A DNA stretch of 64,000 bases from the human T2T-CHM13v2.0 reference genome, Homo sapiens (GCF_009914755.1 NC_060926.1); one strand, 5' to 3'. Numbered from the stretch's first letter, positions 28,282 through 43,180 are shown. Notes: generated from the sequence alone by a model not told the origin. Made by a program: numbers and translations.

Positions 28282-30395
28282 TAGAAGTATTAATAATTAA
28301 TTTCATAGCTTAGGCAAAATGTCCATTGTTCCAAAAGTCATCATCAAATATTCACACTAGATACGAATTTCAGTAATTAATCCTATTTGTAAATTAAAAA
28401 CCAAGATTTCAGCTTGAATAAATGATGAAGATCAGCCAAGCAACGTTCACTTCTTAAAAGCGTTTGTTTTGTGAAAAATGCAACAAGACTCCGTCTCGGT
28501 GGAAAGATGTGCTAAATATTCATTTATCTCAATATCAGTCATTGTTAAACAACAGTGACATGAGGGTGGGCAGAAGATTAGTTATGATCTAGTACTATCA
28601 TCCTTCTGTCTGGGAGCAAACCCTCTCTAGAGCAGGATTAAGCTATCTTAGAAAAGAGCAATGTAGACAGTAACAATCTTTATAGTTCTCGCATCTGGTT
28701 TCTTGAATATTCACTTCTTTGTTTCCAGGGACTCCAGATGATGGCACGTGGTAGAACCATCTCCTTTTAAAGGTATATAGACTGCTCACTTCTGGGAGAT
28801 GGAAGGCTTAAAATTGGCTATAAGAAAGGAAGGATACACTTATTATCTCAGGGGATAAAGAATTAATAGACAAAGCCTTGTTCTATCTCCTTGGGGTCAT
28901 GGCTCCAATGAGCTTCTGAGGACCACAACCATCTATGTTCCATGTGTGACATCAGGAAGAAGGGGTCCCCTTCAAGCTCTGGCTCCTTTGTACTTACAGG
29001 ATGGGCTATCACGATCCCAGAGAAAACAGTCGACATTATAAAACTGCCTTTCGAACCACATGATTCAGCATAAGAACATGAGAGATCCAGCTTTCGGTGT
29101 CACTATCACTGCCGGCTTTTCTGGCCTTGAAACTGGCCAGAAGTCCTTCTGCTTATTACCGGCTTGGATTGCTAGAACTTCAAAACAAAGTTTCAAGTGC
29201 TAGAAATTCTTAGTTTCTCTCTCATACATACTATTTTGAATTTTATATGAATTAGCTTTTAGATTCAGGTTACAAATTAATCCAGGCTCATTATGTAATT
29301 AAATGTTTGATTAGGAGCATTAATTAACATATTACACAGAGGCATATAATTTTATGAGACAAACTCTTTAATTCCAATGAAGAGATTCACCATGGTAACA
29401 AATTATCTGACCCACCCAATTCAATATGTAATTCCAAATGATTTTTCAAATTAACTAAAAATGCTGTCATTATTAAATAGGTATATTACAATGTATGCAC
29501 TGCACTGTAGAGATTTTTTTTAAATACTTAGGCGAAAGATGAGAGAATTCTAAATATGCTTTCATAAATACACAAAGTAAAGATCAAGGCTGAAATTTTG
29601 AAAAAGGATAAAAATGTTGACAATTTTGTTGTAGCCAATGCTTTGTGCTTTAATTTTTTTTTAACCTGGCGACATTAGGAAATGGTGCATTTCATGCATT
29701 TTTAATCTTTCTGTGTTATCTTGGTAAGATGGCTCCTGGCACTCTACCTGGAGACGGATTTATTTTGATTGCTAGACACAATCTGTATTAATCAATCCAA
29801 GGCCAAGTACAATTTAGTTTGCTACTTCAGGAGCTGGATGGTATGCAATTGTTCACAGCTGTTTCTAATTACACCTTGATCCGATAATAACTAAATATTG
29901 TTTAAAGTTCTGGCAGTGACTACTTAAGGAGATGTGCAAGATCAATAAAGGAAAGTAACACTTCCAGGCATAAGCCTGCATAAATTAGAACCTGTAGAAA
30001 ACACAAACACAATTCAGTAGGTGGCACTATTCCCTCAGCCAGAACTCTCTTCATTCCCTGTGACTTGAGTAGTCCTCCTACGGCAATCACCTTTACCAAT
30101 TTCTTCCACGGAATTCTGTGACCTAAATTAGTATCAACAGACTAACCTCAAATATATTGCCTGGCTTCTTCCCTTTGAGATACACAACCCAGATGAGAAC
30201 TATGTGAATTGCAGATGTAAGAGTACAGAAGTTTGATTTCATCTCAAATCCTTCGATAATTAGGTCAGCATATTGTTACAGGTTACCTGAAAGTAAATTA
30301 ATTCTTCATGCCCAATATCGACAACTCAACTGATTTGACCTCTTCCATTGATATGAGCCAATGAGATAACTTAAAATATTTAAACCAGCCAATGA

Positions 30396-30796
30396 GCAGG
30401 TTTTTCAATCTCAGAATTATTGACATTTGAGCTGGACAATTCTTTTTTTTTTCTTTTTTTAATTATTATTATACTTTAAGTTTTAGGGTACATGTGCACA
30501 ACGTGCAGGTTTGTTACATATGTATACATGTGCCATGTTGGTGTGTTGCACCCACTAACTCATCATTTAGCATTAGGTATATCTCCTAATGCTATCCCTC
30601 CCCCCTCCCTGAGTTGGATAATTCTTAACTAGGGAGAGAAGGATACATTGTAAAAATTTTAAAATGTTGAGCAGCAGCCCTGGCCTCTGTCCACTAGAAG
30701 CTAGTATCACTTCCCTAGTGTGACAACCAAAAGTACCTCCAGACATTGCCAGATGTCCCCTGCGTGGGGACAAAATCATCCCATTTGAGAACCATC
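30396..30796. mobile_element. MER20 interrupted by an L1PA
   Basis: caggtttttcaatctcag...cctggcctctgtccactaga...ccagacattgccagatgtcccc...ttgagaacca. Confidence 0.85.
30445..30609 (-). mobile_element. L1PA (about PA4/5) 3' end, 165 bp
   Basis: attatactttaagttttagggtacatgtgcacaacgtgcagg. TSD tgagctggacaattctt (30428-30444) / tgagttggataattctt (30610-30626). Confidence 0.95.
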
Positions 30797-30871
30797 AGTC
30801 ACCTAATGATCTTCCTTTATACTAAAGGCCGATCTCTGGCTTCATTGCCAAAGACTGAACTATTCCACTAG

Positions 30872-31210
<339 letters not shown>

Positions 31211-31644
31211 ACTGTTGTTATCTGATTCCAAAAGTTAAAGCGTGAACATTGTTGAAAAATGTTGAAGCTAAAAAAAGTACAAAGAAAAATAAAAGCCACC
31301 AGGAATGGTCCCATACTATGATAATAACTGTTCTAACTTCAAGGGTATCACCTTATTTTTTTTTGGCATAAAGATGAATGCAGAGTACATGTAATACTAT
31401 TTGATTTATTAAAATCTTAGAGTCATGTGGCAGTATTAAGCATGATTTAATGACTATATAGTATTCTTTCCAAGAGATATGCCATACTTATTTTAGCTGA
31501 TCTCTTATGTCAATATATTGAACTTTTCACCTGATCACAGGTTAATGTATATTATTTTTACTATGTCCGTGGGATAAATCCCCACAAATAGAAATTTTAA
31601 GTACTAACCTATTTTAGTTCTGCCCTCACACAAAGGGAACATAA

Positions 31645-31800
31645 GAGAGAATGAAGAAACAAAGAAGAAAAACGAAGATGGGGAATAAAGAAGAGGAGAA
31701 AATAAGAGAGAGAAGGCAAAAATAAGAGGAGATGGGAAAGAGAAGAGGAGGGAAAGATGTGAGAAAGGAAGGAGGGAATGATGGAGGGAAGAAGTGGAAG
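31645..31800 (+). repeat. GA-rich low-complexity tract
   Basis: Purine-rich run. Confidence 0.75.
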
Positions 31801-32014
31801 GGTCTTGTCTCAGTAGAGGCTAATCTAGAAATGAACTTGACTGGCAAAGCCTCCACTTGCTTTTTCTCTTGGGTTTTGCATCGTTCACGTGGTTTGTTCC
31901 CCCGCAGAGATGACAATGCTCTTGTCCACCATTCAGGGGGCATATGCTTCAAGTTATCGTCTTTCAATTCTTCCTGTGACTAGCATGCATTCGTGAAATG
32001 GCATGTAAAAGTAA

Positions 32015-32130
32015 AGTGAGAAACCTTGAAAGTATTATGCTAAGTGAAAAAAGCCAAACTCATGAGGCCATAAATTGCATAATTCCATATGTATGACATA
32101 TCCAGAATAGGCAAATTCATAGAGACAGAA
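32015..32130 (+). mobile_element. L1M 3' UTR fragment
   Basis: aaccttgaaagtattatgctaagtgaaaaaagcca...tccagaataggcaaattcatagagacaga. Confidence 0.75.
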
Positions 32131-32576
32131 TTACACTTACAGAAAAACAATGATACATCATAGCTGTGAAGTGAGAGCTATGGGGTCTGCAAATGTACAC
32201 CCAGATAGACTATTGTATGAAAACAGTAGCATTCTCCCCGGGTGGCACTGATGCAAAGTATTGTATAGAAAGGTTCAGATAAAATTACAGTAAAACCTGA
32301 GGCTATAGAAAAACCACTGTTCAGTACATCCAGTTACCCAAAACAGCGCTGGACTGAGGGATGTGTGGATGGGGAGTGATGCACGGCATAAAAACATGTC
32401 ATGTCCAGAAGGAACCTGGGGGCAGAAAAAAAGACTTGAAGCTAAGGACAGGCCATGTTTAAGAGGGGAGAAGAGCAATCATGTGACATGCAGAACTCAG
32501 ATTATTAGCAACATGCTCAATTTGTGCCTGTTGATTAATTAATGGAATGAGGTCTGAAAACATGGTCAGTAAACAT

Positions 32577-33140
32577 AGTAGGCAGTTTCTAAGATGGCTT
32601 CTGACAATGTTAGGGTGGCTCACCACCTAAAATCCACGCCTTTTTACTCTTGCCTTGAGTATAAGATGGATTTGGTTATGACTTGCTTCTAAGATGCCAC
32701 TTCTAAGTTTAGGTTACAAAAAAACTCTGTTGTCTGTCTTGCTCACTCACTCTTGCTGTCTCACTTGCTTGCTCAGATGAAAGCCAACTGCCACGTTTTG
32801 AGTTGCTCCAGGAAAGGCTTTTGTGGTAAGGAACTGAGAAATCTCTGGCCAACAGGCAGCAAGAAGCTGAAACCATCAGTCCAACAACCTGAAAGGAATT
32901 GGGTCCCACCAACAATCACCTGAACGAGGTTAGAAATGGAGTCTCCTTCAGTTGAGCCTTCTGATGAGACCAATGCCCCAGCCAACAGCTTGACCACAAC
33001 CTCAGGAGAGACCCCGAGACACAGGTGGTCAGATAACCTGAACTCAGATTACTGAACCACAGAAACTGAGAGATAATGTTTACTGTGTTAAGCCATTAAT
33101 TTTGAGTTAATTTCTTATGCAACAATATGTAACTGGTACA
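32577..33140 (+). mobile_element. MLT1F-type solo LTR
   Basis: taggcagtttctaagatggc...ccaacaatcacctgaacgag...tgtgttaagccattaattttgag. Confidence 0.82.
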
Positions 33141-35651
33141 ACAGTGTTTTCTGGTATTTCACTGGTTACCAGACAAAGATAATTGTTTTAAAAGTGTAAT
33201 TTTCCCCCTCTCAAACTTAGCCATACATTAATGCCTCTAAACAAGTTACCTACATATGAAAATAACTTCTGCTCTTTACTCAATTAAGGATAATGAACTG
33301 TTTACCCTCCATTAAAAATCAATTAAGGAATGGCACTTTCTCTCTTTGATTTCAATCTATTGACTAGTTATCCAGAACCTCAGGGACACAAATTGACAAA
33401 GGAAATTATTAGTGCTATGTCATCCCCCGAGAAAATTCAGACAAATCTTCTCTTGAAATTCTCTGCCCTCCTTTAACTTAAAACTATTCACAGCCGTAAT
33501 GGACAACAGCACTGATGGAGAACACTAAGTAGCAGGTTCATATATTCTATGCCAATACTTACCACGTATCTTTATGGTAAACATGTTTCTCTTGGAGAAA
33601 TGAGCCATAAACTAAAGTCTATGCAGCAGAAAAATCCAACTCCCTTAAGGCAAGGGGGTATTTCCTACTACTAAGCTTTACTTTGCTCATCATAATGAGG
33701 GAGAAATGCAAAGGGAAGATGAGAGACTATTTTTATTTTTTATACATTTAAGAACACTAATAAAATCAAGTTCATGATCTATTTTCTTTAATCACAAAAT
33801 CTCTGCATACATTATCAGTTTCAAGTAAAATAAACCGCATTGAGGAATGCAGTTCTCTGATTCCTCATAAATAGCTGCTCTGCTTAATACATTTGAGAGG
33901 ATCCCAGGAACAAAAGAGCAGAGAGAATAGAATGATTTCTGTCAAATGCGCTACACTCATTTGTATGAGTAAGTAGCTTAATTGTGACATGTGTGTTTTA
34001 ACAAAAAGGACTTGAGGTCCTGAGTGTGGAAAATAGAGCATCCCTACTTATCCTTTTATCACTCTTTACCATAAAACATATTTAAGTTAATTTCTCACAG
34101 TAAAGATGACATTTATCTCTTACCATAGGACTAGCGTTTAATACTTACTACATTTCAAATCAAGGACACTAAATTCAATCTGATGTTTCCAATTAGATAC
34201 TAATGGTTTCAATAAAATATTTCATGAATCAAGGCAAAGAAATGAACAAAGTCCTGAAGGCAGGTAATGCACACTGTAAAGTAAATCAATCTCTAGGTGC
34301 TGAAAGACTTACAAAAATAAATAAAGTAACAATAAAGATAAGCAGACTCTTCTACTTAGAAGTGCACAGAATAGGTGAATTTATGTCAAATGCATCTGCT
34401 TCAATTATGCATGTAATTTAAGCTCCATAAACCAGCACTAAGAGTTATGCTTTCTATAAATGAAGCACTTTGCTTGGCTAATTTTTAAACATACACACAT
34501 CAAGGCCATTGAAAGCAGACTGAATGAACTCCCCATTGTTCTGTTTGAGACACTGGAATATGCACAAGAGAGACTGTGCAGATGACAAATAAACCCATCG
34601 ACAGCTCCCTACGTAGAACAGGTGAAGATTTTGCTTTGTGCAGATGTTCAAAGAGGGCCAAATTAAAACAAAGGGGTATAGATTCCCTTCACACTACGTT
34701 CCCCAGAAAACACTGGACCCTTAGCTGGTAGAATGGAGAAACCACATTCCTAGAGAAAGGCAAACAAGTTCCTGGATCCCTAGGCGATAAATAACAGCAA
34801 ATTTGCAGGTTCCACTGTCTGATATGCAGCCTTCACTGCCAAATCAGGGAGCAGACCCTGCCTTCTCTCCTGGACCCTCAGAAGGGGGAAGAAAACAGCA
34901 GTGATACTCACATCACCAGGTGTAAAAGCTAGCACATCTGCTGTAAAAACTGTGCTCTAAAAACACTCAGTGCTTATAAAAATTGTACTAAATTTTAACT
35001 CATGCAGTTTCCCTCTTCTATCTGTCCATCACCAAAATCTGATTGAAATCCCTGCTCTTCAGTATAGGTACCGAGAACGTCTTGGAGAAGTCCCTGCGTT
35101 CCCTCTAGTACTCGGTAAAATACCCATTTGACTTGGGTGATCACTGAACCAAGCCTGGAAAAGAAACAAGATACCCAGTGGCCCAAGGTCTAATGTTCTA
35201 CATTGTGGTCTCATGGTGTATAATGTATATGTATAAGGACTCCCTCCTCAGAAAAAATGGATCATATTTGTTGTAGACAGTAATTTTTTGGTTCTCCAGT
35301 GTTCATTCCCCCACTTCTTCATTCCCAACATATCTGATTTCCCTTTGGGAGTCCACGTAGTTTGAGCAAACAGACCTCATGCCTGGCTCCATCACAGAAG
35401 AAACATCCCCAGCTAGTGTATTTCACTTCCTGGACCGAAATGATTTGTTTGGGGCTAGACAAGTTACTTAAACCCATCAAATCAAAGAACCATCAGTGCT
35501 TTTGCTGGACAGATGAGACATACGAATGTAGAAGGAGGAAAAAAAAAATGGAAAGCGGGTGGGGAAAAGAGCACAGAGGGGTAATGGACAGGGGATGAAA
35601 GAAGTAAGAGAAAAGGGGTACTGAAGAAAAGAGAAATAAATAGAAAAAAAT

Positions 35652-35814
<163 letters not shown>

Positions 35815-38800
35815 CTTCCCTTGACCAAACACTCCCTTGGAATACATGTATTTTTAGTTTTGCTTCACCATGATAGGGCACTTAACCTGTCTTTAGCTAC
35901 ACTTAAAAGAAAGAAAAAGGGATACAGTGTCACAAATGGCACTTCCTTCACAGTGATGGCACAATCATGAATGAGTCAAATGCTGCAGCCTAAAGACAAA
36001 CGACTACAGATTAATGAGCTAGATGAAGAATCTATCCTACAAATACAACGAAAATACATTTTGCCCCACCCACAGAATCTAAGATTTTCCATATTTCACA
36101 CAGTGCTGATCTTAGCATCTTTATCCTCTAGGAACATGTGAACTCTTCTAGCTGTGAACTACTGAACAAGGAAAAAACAAACAACGAACAAAAAAGCCTC
36201 CTAAATCTGAATATCCCAGCACTGAGAAAGTCACTTTTCCTTTCTACAAAGAAATCTTGATCTACGAATGTAGAGTCTGCCCTAGCTAATGAACCATCTT
36301 GGCTATCATAACTGGCTGCTAGTTGTCAATAAATCTCAGACCGTGGCCAAAGCTACACAAGCTACATTTCATTTTAATGTCTTTAACATCCACACAAATG
36401 ATGATGAGTTCTCTCCTTATCTCTCCCTTGATATAATAAGGAGGAACAGTCTCAGCACTGGAGGATTGGCCCAAGAATGAAGAAAGATAAATACCAGTTC
36501 TGCTCCTACACCTGTTTGCTAAGAATATCACTTGGTCTGATAGGTCTAGTTTTTCTCACCCTCCACATGGGGGCCAAGAGAGGATTTTGATCTTGATCAG
36601 GATATCTGACACCAGTCTATCATTTTCTCCTCCTGAAACAATAGCAGATATTCGTGAATGGGCTTGGCATGCTTTTCTGCAAAGCCAAGAAGCAGCCTCC
36701 ATGTCCTTAGCGTGGTACTCCAGGACCTCATCCCCAAAGTATGCTATGTACACCCCGGAAGCTACATAATAGAATCACCTAGGTTGTGGACAGAATATAT
36801 TAAAATTTCTATTTATAGTTATTTTTATCTTCAAAAATATGAAATAAATTCAGCATTACTAATGCTTAATACATAGGCCGACACTGGAATCCTCCACCAA
36901 TCCATTTGTCATATAATCAGTGTCACATACAGAATTAGAAGTATCCTAAGGGAGGGTGGGCATCCTATAGTGGGAAAGGAGTTGATGGGACACTTCACCT
37001 GCAGGATCACTCAGAGCTTTACAGTCCACATTCGCTCACTGCAGTGAAGTTATGGATTACAAATCTGGTTTTAATAAAATCCTGCTGACATTCCTACAAA
37101 TAAATGACAGATTTAAGGTAATTAAAAGAGTGCACACACACACACACACACAAGAAAATGGTAGAGCTGATGTATTTCCTTCTCCTGGCATATGATCTTT
37201 TCTACCTTATTCTGGGGTGAAAACTGATGATCCAATTGCATCTGACAAGAAGTCAGCCAAACAATATTAAAACTATCAAAGCCATGTGAAATTCAGTTTT
37301 ATATCCATTATTGTTAAAGAAGAGCCTGGCCTACACTAAGAGAAATCCATCATAATAACAAGATATACATACAATATTGTTTATTCCTAATGTAGCTCAT
37401 GCCAACATTTCTACTTTATATTTGTTTTAAAATAGTCGTAATAAACCCTATCTCTAAAAATATATATTTAATAATTAGTAACTATTACAGCGATTTAGCC
37501 TATGTATTAATACATTTATAATTATCAGTAGTGTTTCTTTTGTTTAAAGGGGTCTGTAATTTAAAAAGAAAAAATGAGTAGGGTTCCTAGTAGAGGATTT
37601 TACTGACCATGAACAAATAAACTATTTTTTTTTTTTGCATTGCCCTAATAGGTCTGCACATTTCCTTCCTTTGACTCTCTTTGTCTCAGACTGACTCTAG
37701 TATCTATGTGGCAGGATGACTTATCTTCCTCTCTGCTCTTTCTCTTCCAGAAGATGACCCTTGCTATGAAGCGGAAATGAAATTAGGGTTCTGTTGGCAT
37801 AGTAACTATGAAGACACCACGTTTTTGCAACATAAAACTTTCTTTTTTAATCTTCAAGACTAAGGTCCATTTCTCCTATTGATGATTAATGCTGAGGATC
37901 CTGAAGCTCCCTTTCCCTGGAGCTCCTTCTACCTCCAAACCAGATGTTCCTGATAGACCAGGATTGTTGGGGATGGGGCTGCAAGGAAGGGCCAAGAAGT
38001 AAAAAAGACTTTAGGAAATCTCTGGAAGGAGAATAAAGAGGGGAGAACAGAAGAAAAGGGACTTTTATCCACAAGCAAGGTGGACTCTGAATGAGCTGTC
38101 TGGTAAGTAAGCACCTGTTTTGCACCACCCCATCAATAGACTAATAGGAAAGTGTTTCCATAATAGTGGATGGCACCACTCCTGCTCTAACACTTATTGC
38201 AGGCATACTAGGTGGAAACATGAGAATTCTAGCACTGCTCATAAGTGTCACGAAAACAACTCTTAAAGAGAATGCATTCATCAATCAATGTGGGGGGGAA
38301 CAAATTTCAGTGGGATTTTCAGCTTACAGGGTAACTTTCCTGGCTCCCAGGATGATGAATTTCATTTATCCTCATTACTTCCTGAGTAAATTATTTTATA
38401 ATTCCTGGATTTGGCTTCTGAAGATGCCTGGTGACTCATAAATGCCAATCTGACTAATGTCTCATTTAGAGCACTCAGTACGCACAGAAGCCCAGACATC
38501 ATTTCTCTTGCCAAGAAACGAATGTATAATATTTTCATTAAAAACAAAGAAATGAACAACTGGCACACCCAGGAACACATCTGCACCTGTTGTTACAGTG
38601 GTTTTTATATTCTACTAGCTGGATAGTCAGGAGCTGAAACACCCAGGGATGTAATGAAAAAAAAATCCCTCTTCATATTTAAAAGAGGATTTTATGAAAT
38701 TTTTATGACCCCGTGTTATTTATTGCCACTTTTTGGTCATATCTTATTTGTTACCATTTTCTCTATAGTTCATTGACCTCTACATTCAAACCCGGGGCGG

Positions 38801-39215
38801 GGGCTGTATTTGAATGGCAGTATTTTATTTATATAGTACTGCTCCCACAAAAAAGTTCGAAGTACTTTATAAATATCTCTTTAAACTTGAAAGTAACTTA
38901 AGTGTCACTGTCTTCATCTTAAATAAAGATACAAGAAAGGAAAGTTCAAATGGCTAAAATTAGCAAGTTAGAGAGGATTTAACAATCCAGAGAGGATTTC
39001 TGGGAAAAGATGGCAAATTGTCCTTCAATATGTATCGCCTCTCCTTCTCAAAATCTACTAAATTGATCATAATAGAAAATATTCAGTCGTAAATGGAAAG
39101 GAAAAAATCAATGAGAGAGAAGACAGTAACATACCAGGGGTTTCAACCAAGATATGGCAGTTTTAGAAAGCCCACTGACTCTACATACCTAAGCTACATT
39201 TTCCTAAGAAAATTT

Positions 39216-40018
39216 ATTTATGCAGCCAAAAAACACATGAAAAAATGCTCATCATCACTGGCCATCAGAGAAATGCAAATCAAAACCACAATGAGATAGC
39301 ATCTCACGCCAGTTAGAATGGCAATCATTAAAAAGTCAGGAAACAACAGGTGCTGGAGAGGATGTGGAGACATGGGAACACTTTTACACTGTTGGTGGGA
39401 CTGTAAACTAGTTCACCCCTTGTGGAAGTCAGTATGGCGATTCCTCAGGGATCTAGAACTAGAAATACCATTTGACCCAGCCATCCCATTACTGGGTATA
39501 TACCCAAAGGACTATAAATCATGCTGCTATAAAGACACATGCACACGTATGTTTATTGTGGCACTATTCACAACAGCAAAGACTTGGAACCAACCCAAAT
39601 GTCCAACAATGATAGACTGGATTAAGAAAATGTGGCACATATACACCATGGAATACGATGCAGCCATAAAAAATGATGAGTTCATGTCCTTTGTAGGGAC
39701 ATGGATGAAATTGGAAATCATCATTCTCAGTAAACTATCGCAAGAACAAAAAACCAAACACCGCATATTCTCACTTATAGGTGGGAATTGAACAATGAGA
39801 ACACATGGACACAGGAAGGGGAACATCACACTCTGGGGACTGCTGTGGGGTAGGGGGAGGGGGGAGGGATAGCTTTAGGAGATATACCTAATGCTAAATG
39901 ATGAGTTAATGGGTGCAGCACACCAGCATGGCACATGTATACATATGTAACTAACCTGCACATTATGCGCATGTACCCTAAAACTTAAAGTATAATAATA
40001 ATAAAATTTTTAAAAAAA
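39216..40018 (+). mobile_element. L1PA (about PA4/5) 3' 800 bp: ORF2 C-terminus plus 3' UTR
   Basis: ORF 39318-39791 ([17 protein letters not shown]...IFSLIGGN) is the L1 ORF2p C-terminus; G-rich UTR and cctaaaacttaaagtataat end. Confidence 0.97.
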
Positions 40019-40265
40019 CTGATATTTTGACCTAATCTACATTTATCATCTGTCCTTATATCTTAAATGGTTCCCAAATTAGGAGGGCAAGTCAGGATTT
40101 TCCTTAAGTTTGTTGAACTGTTAAGAAACAAGAGTCTCCAAATTAAAAAGGCCCACAACCATTAACTGGATGAAGTGGGTGAAAATCCACACCAAGGCAC
40201 GTAACCATAAAATTAAAGAGGACCAAAAACAAAAAGATCTTTAAAGCTTGCAAAGTGTTGAGGGA

Positions 40266-40612
40266 TGATACGGTTTGGCTGTGTCCCCATCCAAATCTCA
40301 TCTTGAATTGTAATCACCATGTGTCAAGGGAGGGACCTAGTGGGAGGTGACTGGATCATGGGGGCCGTTTCCCCCATACTGTTCTCGTGATAGTGAGTTC
40401 TCACAAGACCTGATGGTTTATAAGTGTGGCACTTCCCCAACCCCTGCTGCTATGTAAGATGTGCCTTGCTTCCCCTTCCCCTTCCGCCATGATTTTAAGT
40501 TTCCGGAGGCCTCCCCAGCTGTGTGGAACTGTGAGTCAATTAAACCCCTTTTCCTTACAAATTACCCAGTTTCAGGTAGTTCCTTATAGCAGTGTGAAAA
40601 TGGACTAATACA
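40266..40612 (+). mobile_element. MSTA/THE1D-type solo LTR
   Basis: tgatacggtttggctgtgtcccc...aaaatggactaataca. Confidence 0.92.
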
Positions 40613-41792
40613 GGGGGGAAAGTCACATACAAAGGAATATTAATATCTGAATCAAATAGGATCAGGTTCCTGAAATGTAACAAGGGATCATAGAAGTCAA
40701 TGGGTAGTGCCTTCACAGTGCTTAGTAGAAATTAATTCCAATCTACATTTCTATACCCAGCCAAAAGGTGAAAAGTTGAGAGTAAAATAAAGAAACTTTC
40801 AGATATAAAAGGCACACAATGTTTACTTCTGGGAGACGTGCTCCAGCATAACACAGGAGTAAAGCAAAAAAGGGGAAGAAAACAGAGGAGCATCCAACAC
40901 AGCAGAACAACAGAGAGAAGTCCCTAACTTACAGAAGGAGCGCAGCTGACCCAGAGACAGAGTCTACTCAGGAACAAGAGGACAAGGAACTCTCAGGGTG
41001 AGATCCCCAGGAGGAGATGAAGAATACACTATGTCATATAACCGGGTAGCTGGGGAACATATTGATAGTCATACGCCAAATTTGATAAAGCATTTGTGGA
41101 AAATTAAGTGTAGGTGTATATAAAACTATACAATTCTAAAAATATATATTCTAAATTGAACAATAAAGGAAATAAAAATTATGCTGCACTGATGGGCCCT
41201 TTAGTTATCACACAGATATTGAGTTCACTAAACTTTCAGAAGTAACTATATTAGCAAAACGGAGGAAAGAGAGTGAGTATAGTCATTATTGGCCTAAATC
41301 TACATCTACCAAAACAGAAAGCTAAAAAATATTATCTATCATAATGGGATAAAGTGTAGTGTTTGGATATGTAAAGGTAAACACAAGAAGAAACTGCCAA
41401 AATAAATAATTACGATCACTTCTTCAAGCAGGACTGAGGTGTGCAGAAGGGATGAAAGAGACAGCTAAAAATATTTTATGTTTAGTTTTTTTCACTGTTA
41501 GTTGATGTTTTCATCTCTCCAAGTATTGCTTTGATAAAATTTAAAACTCAAGGGAAAAAAATCACTTACAAGGAAAGTCTAGGTTTATATAAGATTACAC
41601 TCACCGTCTATCTTGTTTAATGCTTTCGTACCTAAAGTATATTTTTTTCATTTAATAAACAATAAATTACACTACTCTTGGAGTAGCAGGTAGACTTGTT
41701 CTCACATTTGGTTCCCTCAGTACAGATTCCTCTAATGCAAAAGGTGAATAGAACATTGAAAATAAGAATGACATAACGAATGCTGAATTTAA

Positions 41793-41815
41793 ATATATGT
41801 GTGTGTGTGTGTGTG

Positions 41816-41848
<33 letters not shown>
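41793..41848. repeat. (TG)n(TA)n microsatellite
   Basis: Directly visible. Confidence 0.95.
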
Positions 41849-41853
<5 letters not shown>

Positions 41854-42711
41854 CGAGACAGCATTTTAAAAGTTAACATCTTATATTTAAGTATTATATT
41901 TGTATAAACCAGATTTTAGTTTTGAAGTTATTATAATCTTCGGAGAGTCTCTAAGAAGTTATACAATCTCCACTGGGAACCATAAGGCACATTATTAATG
42001 AATTTCTACCAACTTAATTAGTTTTCTGTGGAGTGTTTCTATGGTTGGCTAACAAATGAAGTCTACCATAGTGGAAATATATTTTATCCACAAAACCAAC
42101 CCAGAAAAATATGTGGAATAATTAACCTTTTTTCTAGATAAATAAACCATAAATTCAGATAATAATTAAACTAAATTTTCAGAACTAAACCAACAAATTA
42201 TTTCAAAGATGAACTCTCTTAACAGGAAATCATAAGGGGAAAATAACTGCATAAAAGGGTACTTCTCTCAGACATGCATATTATACTCATATTTCCCACA
42301 TCGTTTTCAAACTTATGCTCTAAGCTTTACTCAAAATGAGGAGAAAAGTATCTATTCACTGTCCCTGTGACAGTACCGTGAATCTTTTACAAACACTGTT
42401 TCATGTGCCCACTATATTAGAAGATAACAAACTACTAATGTGAATATTTGTAGTACAAAACCTGTGTAGAACAGGTTAAAAAAACCACAGGTTTTGTGTA
42501 AAAAAACCTATATTCTATATAAAATGTTAAAGTATCTCTTCTTTTTCAGAAATTTTGATTAAAAAATGAATTTGGCTCAACATATGAGTAAGATGCTACC
42601 TTTACAGAGCAATTTTCTTTATTTTTCGATTTTTTAGTAGCTTTCTGAATTCCAAGGAAATAATTTTCTTAGGCTTAAGAAAAAATAAACATAACCTAAA
42701 AAACTGATGAA

Positions 42712-43160
42712 CTGAGAATGATGGCTTCCAGCTTCATCCATGCCCTTGCAAAGGACATGAACTCATTCCTTTTTATGGCTGCATAGTATTCCATGGTGTG
42801 TATGTGCCACATTTTCTTTATCCAGTCTATCATTGATGGGCATTTGGATTGGTTCCAAGTCTTGGCTATTGTATATAGTGCTGCAAACAGAAAACCAAAC
42901 ACCATTTGTTCTCACTCATAAGTGGGAGTTAAACAGTGAGAACACATGGACACAGGGAGAGGAACAACACACTCCAGGGCCTGTCAGGGGGTCAGGGGCA
43001 AGGGGAGGGAGATAATTAGGACAAATACCTAATGCATGCAGGGCTTAAAACCTAGATGACAGGTTGATAGGTACAGCAAACCACCATGGCACATGTATAC
43101 CTATGTAACAAACCTGCACGTTCTGCACATGTATCCCAGAACTTAAAGTAAATTTTTTAA
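42712..43160 (+). mobile_element. L1PA7/8-like 3' end with a 5' inversion
   Basis: 42712-42886 is antisense L1 and 42887-43160 is the sense 3' UTR. TSD aaaaactgatgaactg / aaaaaattatgaactg. Confidence 0.93.
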
Positions 43161-43180
43161 AAAAAATTATGAACTGTGAA

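Larger units (their letters stand above)
38990..41545 (+). mobile_element. Ancient HAL1/L1M element interrupted by L1PA and MSTA
   Basis: 5'-like gaggatttctgggaaaagatggc; ORF1-like cacaccaaggcac and tttctatacccagccaaa; 3'-like gtattgctttgataaaattt. Confidence 0.6.

Noticed and set aside
39318-39791. 157-aa ORF
   Set aside because: C-terminus of L1 ORF2p in a 5'-truncated L1PA, not a host gene.
39845-39870. G-quadruplex-like run
   Set aside because: Ordinary L1 3' UTR G-tract.
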